From Raillietiella orientalis (Eukaryota), in the NCBI GenBank assembly GCA_036172245.1, contig JAYWIR010000004.1, positions 3,100,001-3,164,000 of the forward strand: a stretch of 64,000 bases of DNA. Reading direction: 5' to 3'. Of this stretch, positions 35,396 to 50,400 are shown one piece after another (position 1 is the first letter of the stretch; the number at the start of each line of letters is the position of its first letter). The notes under the pieces were generated by a model. It saw nothing but the letters and a program-made list of their open reading frames with translations, ran no database searches and was not told where the DNA came from. The position numbers were made by a program, and so were the translations under genes.

Positions 35396-38249
35396 GACTG
35401 CTAACAGGATAAATACTTCTATCAAAATTCACAAAACTTCATCCAAATACGAGTCATCAGCATGAAATTGCTTTACTGTTTAACAGTTTCCGTCTCTTAG
35501 CTATATTCCAATTATAGACAGAAAATGGATGAAATACTTAATTTCTAACAAACTAGACAAATTAACTAATCTCAATAATTTTACTTTTTAGTTGGTTTCC
35601 ACAGTCATTATGGCCAAAATGTTCAAAAGATGGAATTCATGTTCCTCATGTTAATCGTTTTTAATACGTCAGAAATGTGTCAGTATTACAAATGGCATAT
35701 GAAGTAGTATTCGGCATTCATCATTCCTGAATTATAAATGAATAACAGAGTCATTAAGATAGAAAAATTAAACTTATAAACTTATTAAATATAATATAGA
35801 TTATATTAATATTTACTAATGTTGGGACTAATAATATCCCACTTTTATATTCAGCTTTAAATGTATCCAGAAAATGACTTTAGAAAATAACTTGATTTTC
35901 CCTACATTCCTCCAATCATGAAATGAACATGTAACATATTCATCTTAAATAAGGAACGAAGGAACCGGTCTAAGAGAAATCGGTCTAACAGGAATGCAAA
36001 AGCCTAACGTCTCTCTCGGTCTAAGGGAAATCGGTAAATCATTAAGGAAATTAAGTCAGGAAGTCAAAAAAGCCAACCATCAACAACAAAGACCATGAGA
36101 ACAACACAAAGTAAAGGCTTCGAGGACTCTTTGAGAACCAAAGGCATCCATCCGTTTTGGCGAAAAAAGGCAGAAATCATATGCTCTTTCTCATTACTGC
36201 TCTCTGAACAAGGACCAAGCACACCACAAAAGGCTGCATAGAAGCTGTACGAATTTTTCTCATCAAGAAGATTACTCAACAACAAAAGAATACAGTAGCA
36301 TAAAATAAAACCACAAGAGCTCAAGAAACTGAATTTTCTGTGCTGCATTTCGTGGAAGCAAGATCAGATGAGGAATGCTTTTCTGTTAAGCAGATTGACA
36401 AAATGAAATTTTGTTGTAAAGTTTATGGTGCTTCTGTGTGCTCAAAAATAACATGATCAGAAAAAATTTGACAAGAAAATAATAAGCTTTGCAAATAACT
36501 TGATTTGCATCTCTCAAGAAATATAAGGAAGGTTGCACAAAATAGTTTGATGAACCAGGTAAAATGTGGTAGCAGACAGAGTAAGCAGCGTACAAGACAT
36601 AGAATCAATATAAAACTTTCAATTTCAACTTTTCCTTGCGAGACAAGAGAAGAAAAAAAACAGAGACCACAGAAATTCCTCTTTGTAATGTTTTGGGTAT
36701 CCCCAAGGTAGTGCTCCTAATGATAGTACCATGGTATTTTTCATCCCATCATGGCTATTTACTGGAAGTATCGGATGTGATTTAGTCTTCCCTGTCCTTT
36801 TCATCCCCTTTACACGCTGCTGATATTTTTCCAGATTTGAATCAAATGTTATTTTTTTTAAAAAAAATCACCAATATTGCCATGCGACAGAAGTTAACGA
36901 ATGTTCTTTTTGTGACTTTTACAGGAAGACAAAAATAATGATTAATTTAATTAAGAGAAGGGCCCGAGATGAGATTCTCTTGTTGCCTGGAGGTTGATGA
37001 GGAGCAAATCATCATATGACATCCAAATGTCTGGAACAATTGTATTCTTTGTGTTCTCATCTAAGAATACGAAAACCGTCATCAGAAATTTCACTAAATC
37101 TTACCTCGCAGTATCCAGAAGGTTTCTCAATAGCAAAAGGTTACCAGGTAAAGATTCAGCTACATGTTGAATCTTACCCAGAGCATAAAAGTTCGTGCCT
37201 AGAATGCAAGTGGCTCTTCCATCCCGCTCACATTCTGGTCCAAGAAACTTAGGACGTTTCGAGAGACGATAATAAAGTACTCTGCGTTTATTGAAGTGAG
37301 CTGTAGCAACTGTACGAGGAAGAACTGGAATAGAAATCCAGCCAATCGACACGGGAGACCTGAGTTGAAATCGGACGTGAGAAAGGAATTTGCAGAATAG
37401 GAAGAGAAAAAAAAATATTTACAGTAGTATAGAAAGTTGGGATCCGTCTCTAAGGGTCTCTGCTATGCAAGCTCTACTAAACTAAAGAAGGAAATCCTGT
37501 ACTGGAACTATTGATGTAGCATTTTCACGAAACGGAAGTAATCTCAGGAAGAACTGAGAGAACCGTTCCAAAGATGCGTCCGTCTGGATCTCTACTGATT
37601 TCCCACCCGCGTATCATCTCAAGCTTTTTGCCTTCTATTTGATTTGATTTACCTGTCACGAGGAAATGAAAAGGATAAGACTGTCGAAATCGAGGAATGA
37701 ACAACGAAGTTGGGATACCACACCCGAAAGTCGCATCCAGTCTCAAGCAAATAGTAAGATTCCTATGAAACACCTGAAAAGATCTGTGGGGATTCCGGCA
37801 TTTCTTTGCAAGGGACGATTTCTCTGTCCCTTGAAGCTCCCATTCACTGAAATCATCTTTCTCGTCAGAAGAGAGGAAGAAAAACTTTCACATCACAGTC
37901 TACGTTCCTTGGACTACGCCATGTTAAAAAGCAATACTGGATTCAGGCAGTCATGGATTCCGACGTCAAGGAGACATTGCCTAGTGTTCGTGAGCAAGAG
38001 CTCTTATTTAGCCTTCTGGACAAACGTGAAGAGCAAACTAATCCTCGGAACTCCGATAAAATCCTCCAAATGATAGGGTACTTCGGAACCAGAATCATGG
38101 GAGTCAATGGCCAGAGGAGATGAACTTTGGAGTAACTGCATTCTTGATTTTCCCAGTCCCCAGAGGGGTAGATAAATTTATTTTCCATTCACACACTACG
38201 TACACATTCGTTCAAATGGGGGAGGGAGGTCACAGAATCACTGTTCGCT

Positions 38250-40300
38250 TCTCCTACTTGGGGTTCACTTTTTTAGCACCGCACTTGGGTTCTGCACTAG
38301 GGGGGACTGGGCGTTCTTGGAGAGTGTCCTCCATCCTTTTCAGGATGTAGAGGTATGTCCAGGCCTGCACTCGTCCACAGTTCCGGATGTCAATCTCCTT
38401 TTGGATAATCCTTTCAGGATTTTCCAAGGAAGATACAACTGCATCGACGGTCCTCATCTTCCACCATCGTATTAGGATGGCGGTGATGAGCAGGGCAACG
38501 TTCAACTGACTATCGGGTTGTAGCGGGGAATTGCATTTTCCTGGAATTGCATTCTTGAAGCTCTGGCTGATTTCCCCTCTTAGGATCGTGAAACTCGAGC
38601 TCAACTCTTAAGCTGCAATCCTGCTGAAAGCACAATGATGAGATAGGTCTCATAAACCTTGAAAACGAATTCTGGAAGATGATGAACATTTTCGAAGTTG
38701 CCAGCTCTTTCAAAGCCAAATGCGCCGTGTCCAAAGATCTCCTTGATTCCCACGTCCTCCTTTGGGCAAATAATTCTAGGGAAAGATTCGAGAAGGAAGA
38801 GGGAGGTGTCCATGGTTGGATCCCTTCAGAACGGAAAGAGAGTTTTGCACCTGAGTTTTGGTTTGGCAGATACGATGGGGGACCAGTTTGTTTGCCAAGC
38901 AAAGCCGTGATTGCAAACCGATCTTGCTATCCCAGGGACAAGGCACGGTGGCCACCTTGGTTATGACGTGTCTATACGAACACTCCCCCACGGCGACAGA
39001 AGGCTCAAGAAAGAAGAGGGCAGATCGTAGATGGCACTCCGCCTTGCCTTGAACGGAGTTTCTCAGACGCAAAACAATAGCCGTGAGTTCCCCAGAACCG
39101 TGGGATCTTGAGAACGACAGTGTTCTCGGGTAAGGACCCCAAGAGAACAATCTCAGAAAGGACATGATCCTCTCAACCTTGCAACATTCAAGTTACACTT
39201 ATGGGAAGCAGGGGTTGGGTCGCTGCTCGGAGTGAGTCCATCCTGTTAGCCAATCTCACCAAAAGAACGGAAGACTAGCTAATCACAACATCCTGAGGAT
39301 CTCATGGAGACAGTGGCCATACCTCAGAGATGGTGAAGCCTGAACAGAGGAGTCTGTTTCATCGAAACCGGTCGCTGTTTCATTCCGACCCTCTTGTGCG
39401 AAGTGCAGTCGTTCGAAAAATGTTCCTCGTATCGGGAGACGCCGCACAAGAGCAGCATCAAAAGAAACACCGAATTTCGTTTCCATCGCTTGGTTGCAGA
39501 AGAACCTCTTCGCAACTGCTTGAAACCTCAATTGATCCGTCACCATCAGAGCGTATCCCTTTGCATCTCTTTTGCCAGGGTACGTGGTTCGCTGGATCTG
39601 ATGAGAATGCGACCCCATGAACACTTGCTAGAAGAGTTCAAGCAGACAATTGCAACTTTGGTGATGTCAAAAAAAAAAAAAAAATGACAGGGGAGGATTC
39701 GCGAATTTCAGAGGGACGAGAGCAAACTGCCTGCTTTGGGTTCCTCCTTGCCACCGTCTCCATGCAACACTGCGCCTTGCTATAGAGCTTCATAAGTAAC
39801 CAATACTCTTTCTTCGTGCAGAAACCTCTGTGCCTCCACCGTGGTCCGAATACCTCAGTTCTGCTTTCTGCGGATCGCGGAATGAGACCGATACCAGAGA
39901 ATAAATAAGTCAGGAAGAACGGAAAGAAGTAAATCGAAATGAAAACGATCTGGACATGTGAACGAACCTCCCATTCCATGGAGACGAGGTTTCACAGCTA
40001 GGAGAGCCGACTTCAGGGGGAAACAGCAATGGGATAGTTACCTGCGCAGGACCAATGGAATTTCATGTTCTAATTTTCCGTTAGAGGAAGGGATCGCATT
40101 TTTGTTGAAAATTCCCGAGTTGGAATGGAGGCAGAGTTTTCCAAGCGAGTTCGAATCGGAACGTCACTTTCCGATCATCGCATGTGGTGATCTCAAACTG
40201 GAGAATAGCTCGGAGTACTTCTCGTTGCTTCCTGCCCTTGTGCTCGTCGACCAACACAGTCAACGTCCCAAGTAAGGCCATTGGTTTATTTCGATCTTCA
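38250..40300 (-). mobile_element. Second, more decayed member of the L1/Tx1-like family seen at 9350-10960
   Basis: ALLITAILIRWWKMR...EIDIRNCGRVQAWTYLYILKRMED matches ALFITAILVQWWNMR...EIGIRNCRRLQAWTYRFILKRIED. An RT-like LMKLYSKA segment occurs near 39780. The 5' limit is approximate. Confidence 0.8.
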
Positions 40301-41492
40301 CCGAAGACTGCCTAGAGGAAATCCAGAGTGCTTCCCGTAAACGTGCGTGACTTTCAAGCGGATGGTGAAAACTGTGATCTTTTTGTGAACAGCGTGGCTT
40401 AGGGAAAACGGTCTTGTGGACTCGAGAATTTGCAACATTGGATTTCCTTCTATTTTATGGGGAGCTGACCCATTAGAAACCTATCCCATTCTGAGATCTA
40501 GCAAGTGTTTGGATAAAGGCTGCGCCAGTATACTGACATGAACTGTTGCACACAATCTGTAACTTGAACCCTGCATAACGTGCTTTTAGAGACTGATCGA
40601 AGAATTCCATCAGATCTGTTTCGCTGAAATCCGGGAAAACGTACTGGAAAAAAAACACACACACATGCCAGCTACTGAAACTATTGAAAAGAGTTTTAGA
40701 AAGTCGCAGTCATATGGAGCACACATGACAAAACGCCTTTCTCTGCATACGGAAACCACTAGGGAAAGCCAGAACTCAGCTCTCATGTGACACCGTTGTC
40801 TCATGACAGAGTTGTCAGAAGGGTTGGAGCTGTGTGAACCAAGGGGAAATAGGGTTAAAAGATGCGTCTTTTCCGAAGGAATCAGAGCAAATCGGTCACC
40901 TTAACGCAATCGCGCCACTACATTCTCAATTTCGTCTTTCCCGTGGAGAAAATGGTCTGCAACCATCGTGAGACTGAATGTTTCCTATTTCGGATGGCTC
41001 ATTTTTATGGGGAGCTGACCACCCATTAGAAACCTATTCCAGTCTGAGATCTAACCGATCTTGTCAGTCAAAGAATCTCAACTTTGGATAACGGCGACTA
41101 ACTCAGTGGTGGCTAAACCACGAGATTAAGTACTTCTAGTCAAGTAAAATGCAGGATCTCGTTCTTTTCAAAAGATAGAGGAAGGCGGAAGCTTGTTTTC
41201 AAATCTCTGTGTTTCCATAGGATGCAAGTGAATTTTTACGTGAATAAATATGAGAAACCTTTTTATTTATTTATTTATTTTGTACTACACCTTTTGCTCA
41301 TTCCAAACTGATGCTCGAGGAAGAACTCCCGGTGCGTGAAAATGTGCGCGACTGAGTGTTGTTAGCATGGCTGTAAAAGAATTCGACGATCTAACTAGTT
41401 GAAGTGAGATTATAGATCAGCAGCGCTCTTGACTCTATTTCAATCAGATACTGACATGATGTGGTGATGCTATTACTAAGATGTCGTCGCAA

Positions 41493-44400
41493 TTAGTGGT
41501 AGAATGAGAGGACATCAGCCCAAGCTGCCACAACGAAGCCTTCAATACCACATTCGTTTGTGCCTCGTCTTATGCGGAAGAAACCGTTTTCACCCCATTC
41601 TCGTCCCCAGGAATTAGCTGCCAGCTGAAAGCAAAGTATGAATGAAGCTTTACAGAAGTGAACAGAAATAATGAAATGATTGTACATCATTAAACATTGA
41701 CAGTTTCAACTTGACTGGATCCCAATTCGTATTCAAAGATATCAAATTTATGAGGAGGAGGTTGGAGCGATCATCTCAGCACGTGATCTTGTAACGCTAT
41801 TTGCGCTAGGAACCAGCAGCAGCGTGTTTGGGGGGCTTCGGTGTGACTTCAGAAATAGCGGTGTTGCAGATAAAGAAAAATGGTCATCTTTTCAAGCGTT
41901 TTCTCTGCCGATCATCCGAAAGCGGGCGCATTTTGCATGTCTGTGTTGTGGAAATGCAGTGTTCCGCGTTCTCGAATCGAATTCCGTAACCCAAACCCAT
42001 GCTGCACTTGGTACCTGAAACAAAATGGCGGCATGAGAGATGACTCCAGCGCATAAACAGGAATACTCCTCGAATATATATATATGTATTCTAAGCAAAA
42101 AGACAGTTTTGACAATGATGAATCTCGAAGTCATGATGAAAGTTTTGCCTAGTTACATCGGATATCAGAGGGATGTTGGCCACGGCCCAATAAGCCGAAT
42201 TCTAACCCATCTTTCAGAGTTCCAAAAGACAAACCACTCAGCTGTGATTGATGCTAAGGATTTCATGCAAATCGAGACACGGGACGAGAATCATCTGTAT
42301 TGCATTCACTTACATTATCGTGTCATCGCAATCAAGAAGCAAAGCGATTTGCTTCGAAGCGAGAAAATGTGATTCTTACACCCAGTCGAAGATTCCTTTT
42401 TTTTCCTGCTTACTTCTCTCCGCATGGACTTTGCTGGGTCTCAAAATAGCTGATTCCCAAGAGTGTGATTGAGGGTCTTGAATGTGCTCTCATGACAGGG
42501 AGGTCTTTGGAATGTGACCAACGCGATCCCTTGCTCTCAAAATAACCAAGTGCTTCTGAACCAGTCATGTTGCATTTCTGTAGGCATTTTGTGACATGAA
42601 TGATAGAAGCTCGATGTAGATTGTAGGTAGGGCTGCATCCTATTGCACGTTGCAAATTCCTTTCTGAATTTTGTGGACAGCGCTTCATACAATAGGAAGA
42701 CACAGCTGTAAGTACTTTTTCGATTTGTGCTTCAATTGATCAGCACATTTGATTTCTGTGCAGATGAAAAGTTTTTTTTTTTTTTTTTTAAAAAAAAGGA
42801 AAGTAGTGTTATATTTATTGAATATTAATAATGGCCGAAGAAAGAAAGAAACACGCGAAAACATCGCTTAATAGAAAGCTAAAACGGAAAACATGCAGCC
42901 TCCTAACTTTAGTGGATTAGTATTCAAATACGTAAATTTCGCGTTCCTCCAGGGTGCTGTCACAGCGGTTGAGGTTCTTCATTGACGACACAAGCCATTA
43001 GGAATGGTTGCTTTTTATCGAATCGTCGTTTGCAAAACTGACTGCTTGCTAACGTGGGAACCGGATATTCGTTCCGCGAGTAGACGAGACACATACAATG
43101 CAACATTTCTCTTGGCGACCACCAACACAATCAGAGGAACCGTTTTCCTGAAGACTTTACGTGCTCAGTTGCCATGTGCTGGCCACTTCGACTTCTCGGC
43201 TCTTTAGTCTGCACCAGAGTTATGATTTTTTTTTTTTCTGAAAATGCAGAATCTTTTGAAAGATGTCGAAGATTCTTCTGTCTGGTTATAGATGATGAAC
43301 AACAGCGTGCAAGGTCTTTTTGACACTACGCAATAGAGATCCCCATGGCAGCAGACGTCTTCATCACTTGAAACACAGCTAAAATAGTCAAGGGAAGTGT
43401 TGTAGTGTTCAATCTTTAAAGAATCGATGGCAAAAGATCGAACTGAAGCAACACGAACAGCTTCCACGTCGAAAAGAACAAGCGTGTTCGTGAACGTTTC
43501 TGTGACTAAGGGTTCTTCTGCCTTGAAGTTAAAGGACAACACCGTCGTTATCAGCATGACATTGCGGACTGCTCCCTCACGCTCCATTCTCAAAACGGGA
43601 GCAAGAGAAATGGGTCCAGACTCGCTCCCTCTGCTTCCTAGCATTCATTCGTAAGCCCTGTTCCCAGACTAGTTCATAGGACTCACAATGTGGCGTTGAA
43701 CTCTTCGATAACTGAGGGGTGCATGAGGTTGTAAAGGAACCCAAAGACAGGTGTTTCTTTCGATATCAATTTCTATCAGACACTCTTTAAAACATGAAAT
43801 ACCCCAAATTGCTATCTTTCAGAATCACTTTCAGAGATCTGGAAACATTCGTATCTTTGAGAATAGGTGCTGGAAGATAGAGATTAGATAAAAGAATCGT
43901 GTATTGACCGTGTTTCATGATACCCGTGCATGAAGTTCAGATCTTCGGAAATGTGCCAAACCCAGGGCTTTACCAGTTCGAGTCTCAGATTGAAATTCCT
44001 CTTCGCAGAAGGGGAAAAATTACAACGTTTCAGCCCCGTCGTCTTCAAACTCAAAGTTCACTTTTCGGAGTTGCAGGTCTTCGCGAATTCGTTCGTTCGT
44101 TCCTGCCCCACATCTCATCTTCGGCGCCCCCCTCACGGTCCCGTTTTCTCTTCCACGGATTTTCGGTTGTCCTCCGCATCTCCGAGCATTTGGGATCGCG
44201 GATTCACACTCGGCGGACGGGATCGTGGGAACCGCTTGCTCAATGAAGAGCTTTCTCGTTACTTCCAGTGGCCTTTTTCAGCAACAGGTTATTGATTGTT
44301 AGTGGTGAGGCAAGCACAAGTGCCAAAGAGAGTGATGCACATGGAAGAGTAGGAGAAAACGTACGATCACGCTTTCCCGCGTCACCGATGCGCTCAGTCC

Positions 44401-47400
44401 GCGATTAGCCAGCGTACACAGCTTTCGCTGTTTTCGTATACGTCCCTTTTCCAGCCAGTGTCTGCCAACAGAACCTGTGCCAAAAGTGCTGTCCTACTTG
44501 GTTAGAAGGAGGATGTCGCGAACCGAAAGAGGCAGCTCCGAGGGGTCGAGAAGCTCTTTAAAAGCTCCCGTGCATCTTCGTTTCCGGATTCCCGATGGAA
44601 TGGGATTTCATCTCGAAGACCCCCGCACAGTCGGGCTACGAGCCCATCGATGACCTGCGCGGGGGTTTCAGGATGGGCGGCCTTAATCGCTTCCCTCGTG
44701 CAGTTCAAGAACCGGATGGTTTCTACGGTCGACTTCAACGGCTCTATGCGGAAGAAAGGAAATCGGAAGCTGTACGAAGGAACGCGCAACTGCAGGAGAC
44801 AGGAACGGAGGTTTCCCAGGCCTCCTCATCCAGGTAACCATGAAGGATTCGGGAAGCTGCGTCCCTTTGGCGGAGAGTCTGCATCACGCGGGATCCAGAC
44901 GAGTGCCTGTGAACGCTGCGAGAGCGGGGCACCCGGCCCTGCTTCCTTGTTCGCTTTTGGGAGCGGGCAGCAGTGATCCTGCTCCTCTCTGTCGCGCACA
45001 CGCGCTCGGATTCCGCCTCTGCCGATGAGGCGGTGCTCCGGGACGCCGCATCGCCACGGCTGGCTCTCCTTGCACTCGATCTAGGGCGGTCGCACCAGCC
45101 TGGTTTCGTGGCAACCTGGACCGTCAGTGACCACTCGTGGCGCCCTGAGGCTCTGTGGCCGCTGGTGCAGCGAGAGCGTCGACCACCATCGCTCGCGAGG
45201 GTTCAGCCGACACGTGCGGCTCCGTGGTAAGCCGCCATCGCGAAAGAGACATCGCCGTACATCTCCCGCATCCCCGGACATCCTGAGATTCCGCAGGTGT
45301 TGAACCCGCTCCATCCTAGGCGGATGTTCTTGAGTACGTAGCAAACCAGGAAAAAGACCCCTTTCATCTCTTCCTCCAAAAAAAAAGCTTTTTAACTCTG
45401 CACACACCACCTGAGGGTGCGTGCAGTAACTCTTCAAGTTATGGGCGGTATCCCGGGAGAGGGTCACCCCGTGGATCCAGGAAAGCTTCTGGAGAAGGGA
45501 GTCGTTCCTCTCATACCTGAGAGGGATATCCCAAGGGAACCCTCCACCCTAATTGTCTCCGAAGGGAGCCCAGAGGTGATCATTTTCTCTCCAGAAGGAA
45601 CCCGGAAACGATCCGGTTGCTGGATTTTCTTCCCTGGAGGGCACCTTACTTGCCAGGGAACTGCTCCTTGCTACTTCCTCCTCCGAAGAGAGTCACTCGA
45701 AGGGACGCTTCCCGATTTCTCTGAAGGGTCCACTCCCCGAAGCTAACAGAGCGCCTCTTCCACACTTTGGAGGAGTATCAGTCCACCGGCTGCATGGTAC
45801 GCGACAGAGGATTCCCCTTCCGAGATGGGCAGATCCATTTGCACATCCGGAGGGGGAGCCCCGAAGGATCCCTTGATTCCTGGATGGACCCCGGAAGGTC
45901 AACGTCCGATCCGGTTTCCGACTTCCACCGGCACCCGAATAGGCCAACCAGCGCTATCTTGAGGGGAGGGACTCGAAACCCACGACGCACCTCCTCCTCC
46001 CCCCCATTCTCCGAGTCGATGCTCCACGGGGGGGTTCGAACCCGCAATGCTTGGTGCCGCGCGCCAAGAGCACCGCAGTCACGCGGCTGCCAACGCAGGC
46101 AAGGTCTAAGATGCAGGAAACCTGGCACCTCCGATGCCGGAGTGAAAGCGAACGATCCTGAAGTTCGGCACTTCTTCGTAGTCTTCGGGGAGGGGGCGCT
46201 GGAGGGCAGGGGCTCGCCCGCTCACCCGTGAGCCGCGCGGCCGAAACCTCTGCCTTCGACCTCGAGAACAGGAGAAACGTTTCCGCGATCCCAGCTGCCA
46301 GTGAAAAAGAGAAACGAAAGAGAAATCAAAAGGACTCGCTGGTACGGAGCGAGTTTCCGCTGACGTCACCAGGTGGAGGGGATCTCTGGAAAGAGCAGCT
46401 CGTGGAGGACAAAAGGGGGCAGCAGAAGCAGCAGCGCGTACGCAGGTGGACGCTGCGAGGGAGTCGCTGGCAGGTGCGGAGGTACGCCCTTGCCTGAGGC
46501 CTCGAGGGACACCGAAAGCCGTCGGGTCATGCGCTCGAGACCTCGCGGCTCGAAACGGTGCCCTGCCGAAGACCTGCACGAAGACAGAAGCAGGGCAACT
46601 AGCTCCTCGTTCGTCCCGGACGGGGTGGCACGCGAAAGCCCCACCGGAAGCCGAGACTGCGGCGACATCAGCAACACTTTTGCTCTCGGAGTGGAATCCG
46701 ACTGTTTTCCTCCACTGTTCCCGGGTGGAGTGCATCTCTAGAGTGGTCCTTGTCGAAGACGGTTGTTCTTGGTTTCGTTTCGAAACGGGAAGCTCCAGAA
46801 AAGATGGCCGAAGCTGGTCACGGGGAACGAGCGCGTTCCAGGATAGAGCTGGCTGTCTTCGACAGAAACGCCATCTCTCTCTCGAGTGGCGCTCCTTCCC
46901 CCTTCTCATCCGAACGAACATCGCAATAGTCGCGCAGCTTCTGGATCGAGGGATTTGGTGGACTGTTGCATGTGAAGAGGAACGATAGACAGCGAAAATT
47001 GGGAGGACCGAATGCTGCGATCAAACATACCAAGAGCATTTAGTGGGAGATCGCGTCCCGTTGAGAAGGAATGGGCCCAAATGATGGAATGAAAAGGAGG
47101 GTGGGGTGGAAGTCGGAAAAAAACTCCCCTCCCGCGCGCATTTCATAGCTCAAAGTTTCTGAGAAAAGCAAAAAAAAAAAAAAGCGAAAGCCCCGAAGAA
47201 ACGCCGAAGCTCCGAGAGTTCCAAGCCAAGCCGATGGAACGAAGAAACAGCACCCGGAATCTTGGAGAAGCATCGCTGCTTATTCGAAAACATGACCCGA
47301 GATCGAGCCTCCGTGATCCCGGAATTTAAGAACGAGATCTCTGACGTTCGTTTGCTACACTGGCACGCTCCGGGTTGCATCCCATTTCATTTTATTTTTC

Positions 47401-50400
47401 CCCTTCCGGATCGTTTCGCCCCAAAAACAGAGATCCCTACTCTTCGTAGATCCTGAACTCTGGTTCTCTGGTTTGGCAGCGCTGCACTGAACGGGTCTAG
47501 GCAGCTCGAACAAGTGTCACATTATGGGAAAATGATGGGCAACCACTTCCCAAGGGGCATTTTATGGTTCCTGTCCTTATGAATAAAAGATCGAACTTGG
47601 ATAAAATATTGAATATTACAAGAGGGGGATCTCGGGAGTCGATGATTTGCGTGGATGAGTTTCCGTGGATTTCCTCCTCAATAAAGCGCAGTTTATAGCC
47701 ATCCGTACGAGGAGGAGCAGTCCCAGGGAAGAGCGCGCAACATCAAGCAAGGTGCTACTGGCTCACATGGAGGATTCCTAGGTGAAAATTGAAATCCGAG
47801 GGATATAATTCACTGTTCTTATTTGCCAAGGGCGAAGCAGGCGGCTCCGGAAAGGGAATAATCAGAAACGGGAAGGGATTGCGATATTGCTCCGCAGGGT
47901 TTTATTACTGCGCAAAATACAAACGCATCACAAAATCGGATTTGAATCAATAAAATTAAAATATTCCAGAAGTCCCGCGCACTCCTGTTTCCTGAAAGAC
48001 CGAGCGTTCCTTACGGCCAAACTATGCTCGGGGGGAAGAGCAAGAACTCTTTACTTCGATCTCACCGAAGAAGAGACAAGAAAGAAGCAAGAGGCGTTCA
48101 GTGTTACCCAAGAAGACCAAGAATCACAGTTTCGCTTTTTCTTCTGTCTTCCATGATGCGAGAACTCGCAGGCAAGATGCGCCGAAAACACCGTTTTCCA
48201 CGGTACACTACGAAAGCAACACCGCGCTGTGCGGCGCATTAATCAATCTCAGCAACATCGGTCAGATCAGAGCAGTCCGCATCATTAAGGATCGTTAAAG
48301 GGCCATCCAATAAACACCGGAAGAACTCGGCTACCGACGGGTGATGGTCCAGGAACACCGAAGTCGCAGTCAAACTACATTGAACTCCTCGCGACAGATA
48401 CAGCTAGAGCTTCGTATTGAGCCGGATGTGCTAATTAGCATGTTTTGGTCAAAATTCTACGGACACAATTCATTGGTAAAAAAAAAAAATGGTCACTTCT
48501 GCGGATTGCAGGCACCGGGTCGTTCTAAAAGATCTTGCATACCTGCGAAACTGCTGCACTTTTAGGTGAAGGGAATTTGAGTGTCACATCGAGTCTGATG
48601 TTTTCTTGATCTTCAGCGCAGAACAACAACAACAAAAAAAAAAAACATAAGTAATTCAATACTGCTCAGTCTTCAATTCAAGGAATCCTTCTGAATTCAC
48701 GTAATCTTCTTCGTCCATACTTCCACACGTGCTCTTCAGGGATACAAAAAAAAGCACCAATGTGTGTACACGTGCATTCCACATACGATGAATTTTCCAA
48801 ACTGCCTGGCTTCGTTATTAAGAAGAAACAACAACAACAACAACAAAAACACATGTACACACACACACACACACACACATCAAAGCAGAAGGCAAACAAG
48901 TTGTCACTAGATCTAACATCACTCATGTCGAATGGAATACAATTCCATAAGGAAAGGCTTCCACCAGAAAAATGCATTGCACAGATGCTTCAAGTCCTCC
49001 GCTGATTCTGGAAAACACCTCTGTAAACGTCGGATGATGGCAAAGCGGTTTTAAAGTCGGTTTCGACACATAAAATTCATATGACGGACTCAATGACATC
49101 ATCAGTCATACGGAAATCCTTAATGGTACACGGCTTAGTAATGAAACTAATAGTTGGATTTCAAAACTAATTGTTAAGAAAACACAAGAACACCTTCGTA
49201 AACACGCATTTATGAATACATTGTGCTTCGTATTTATGCAGCCTCGGTACCTGTGCTTGTACCAGCAACTCCAAACATCTCTTGCTCCTCTTTAAATCTT
49301 TACGTTAACAAGGAAGATCAAAGTTTTTTTTTTTTTTTTTTTTTGCGTCCAAAAAACGCTCTGTGCATGCATTTTGCGACCTGCGTCCATTCAAAGTATC
49401 TATAGTGGGTGTATATTAGGGAACATATAAAAATCACATCTATGGTATATGTTTACATGATTATTCAACTCATTACAAGATAGAAATAGATAGAAAGCGT
49501 CATATGCATCTTACGCTTGTCAATTGACAATTAGGTACAAACTGCATCATACATCAATGGTTAAATTATGTATACTGCATTATGCATTTACTACTCATCG
49601 AGCAATCAATGTGTGCAACACAGATACGTGGAAAACAAAGTGCTGCATATATTTTTAAGGGCATAATATCGTGTACTTATGCACAAGCTATACACTTATA
49701 TGCCCATTTGTGCATATGTCTTGACATCATTTATTGTACATATTATAATTGTTTACATAATAGTGGAAAGATCCTTGCAAGTATGGTTTTTGAGTATTTA
49801 TGGAAATTTTCTTTTTGAATGACCAATGTGCATCCCCATTTGTGAGGATCTCTGTGCACCTAAGAAATCCTCCAGACGATATGAAAGACAGAACACTAGA
49901 CGAGAAACGCAATCCCAACGGTGAACACTAGAAGGAAAACAAGAGCGATAATGTCCTTAAGCCCGTGAATAAAATTCGAGGTTCCACTCATATATATGGC
50001 AGACAGTATTTTACCTAACGTATATACGTACATATACGAATTAAATGTGTGTATTATGTCTGTCATAGACATTAGAATCTCTCTCTGTGTGTGTGCGCGT
50101 GCGCGAACCTGTAAATTGCTTACTTTGTAAATCAAAAATCGCACACGTCAGTCACGCATGTTTGACAAGTCATTCATATATGTGATTCCACATCTAGTTA
50201 TGCGCCTGCGAGAACGAAAATGCACATGCAACATCGATGTGGGTCAAATCATGAAGGCCAACTCGGTTCCTGAATGGTCCTCCCAAGTCATTTCGTTTTT
50301 AGACCTATCGGATCAACACGGACATGAATTCAAAATGGTGGAAATTCTGGTGCTGGATAAGTAGGGAGCTCTCCTGTGAAAGAGCTTAGGATGTTTTAGG

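Noticed and set aside
33345..36608. Hydrophobic ORFs at 33345-33800 and 36064-36608
   Set aside because: No recognisable family or consistent splice structure; hydrophobic translation is expected from T-rich DNA.
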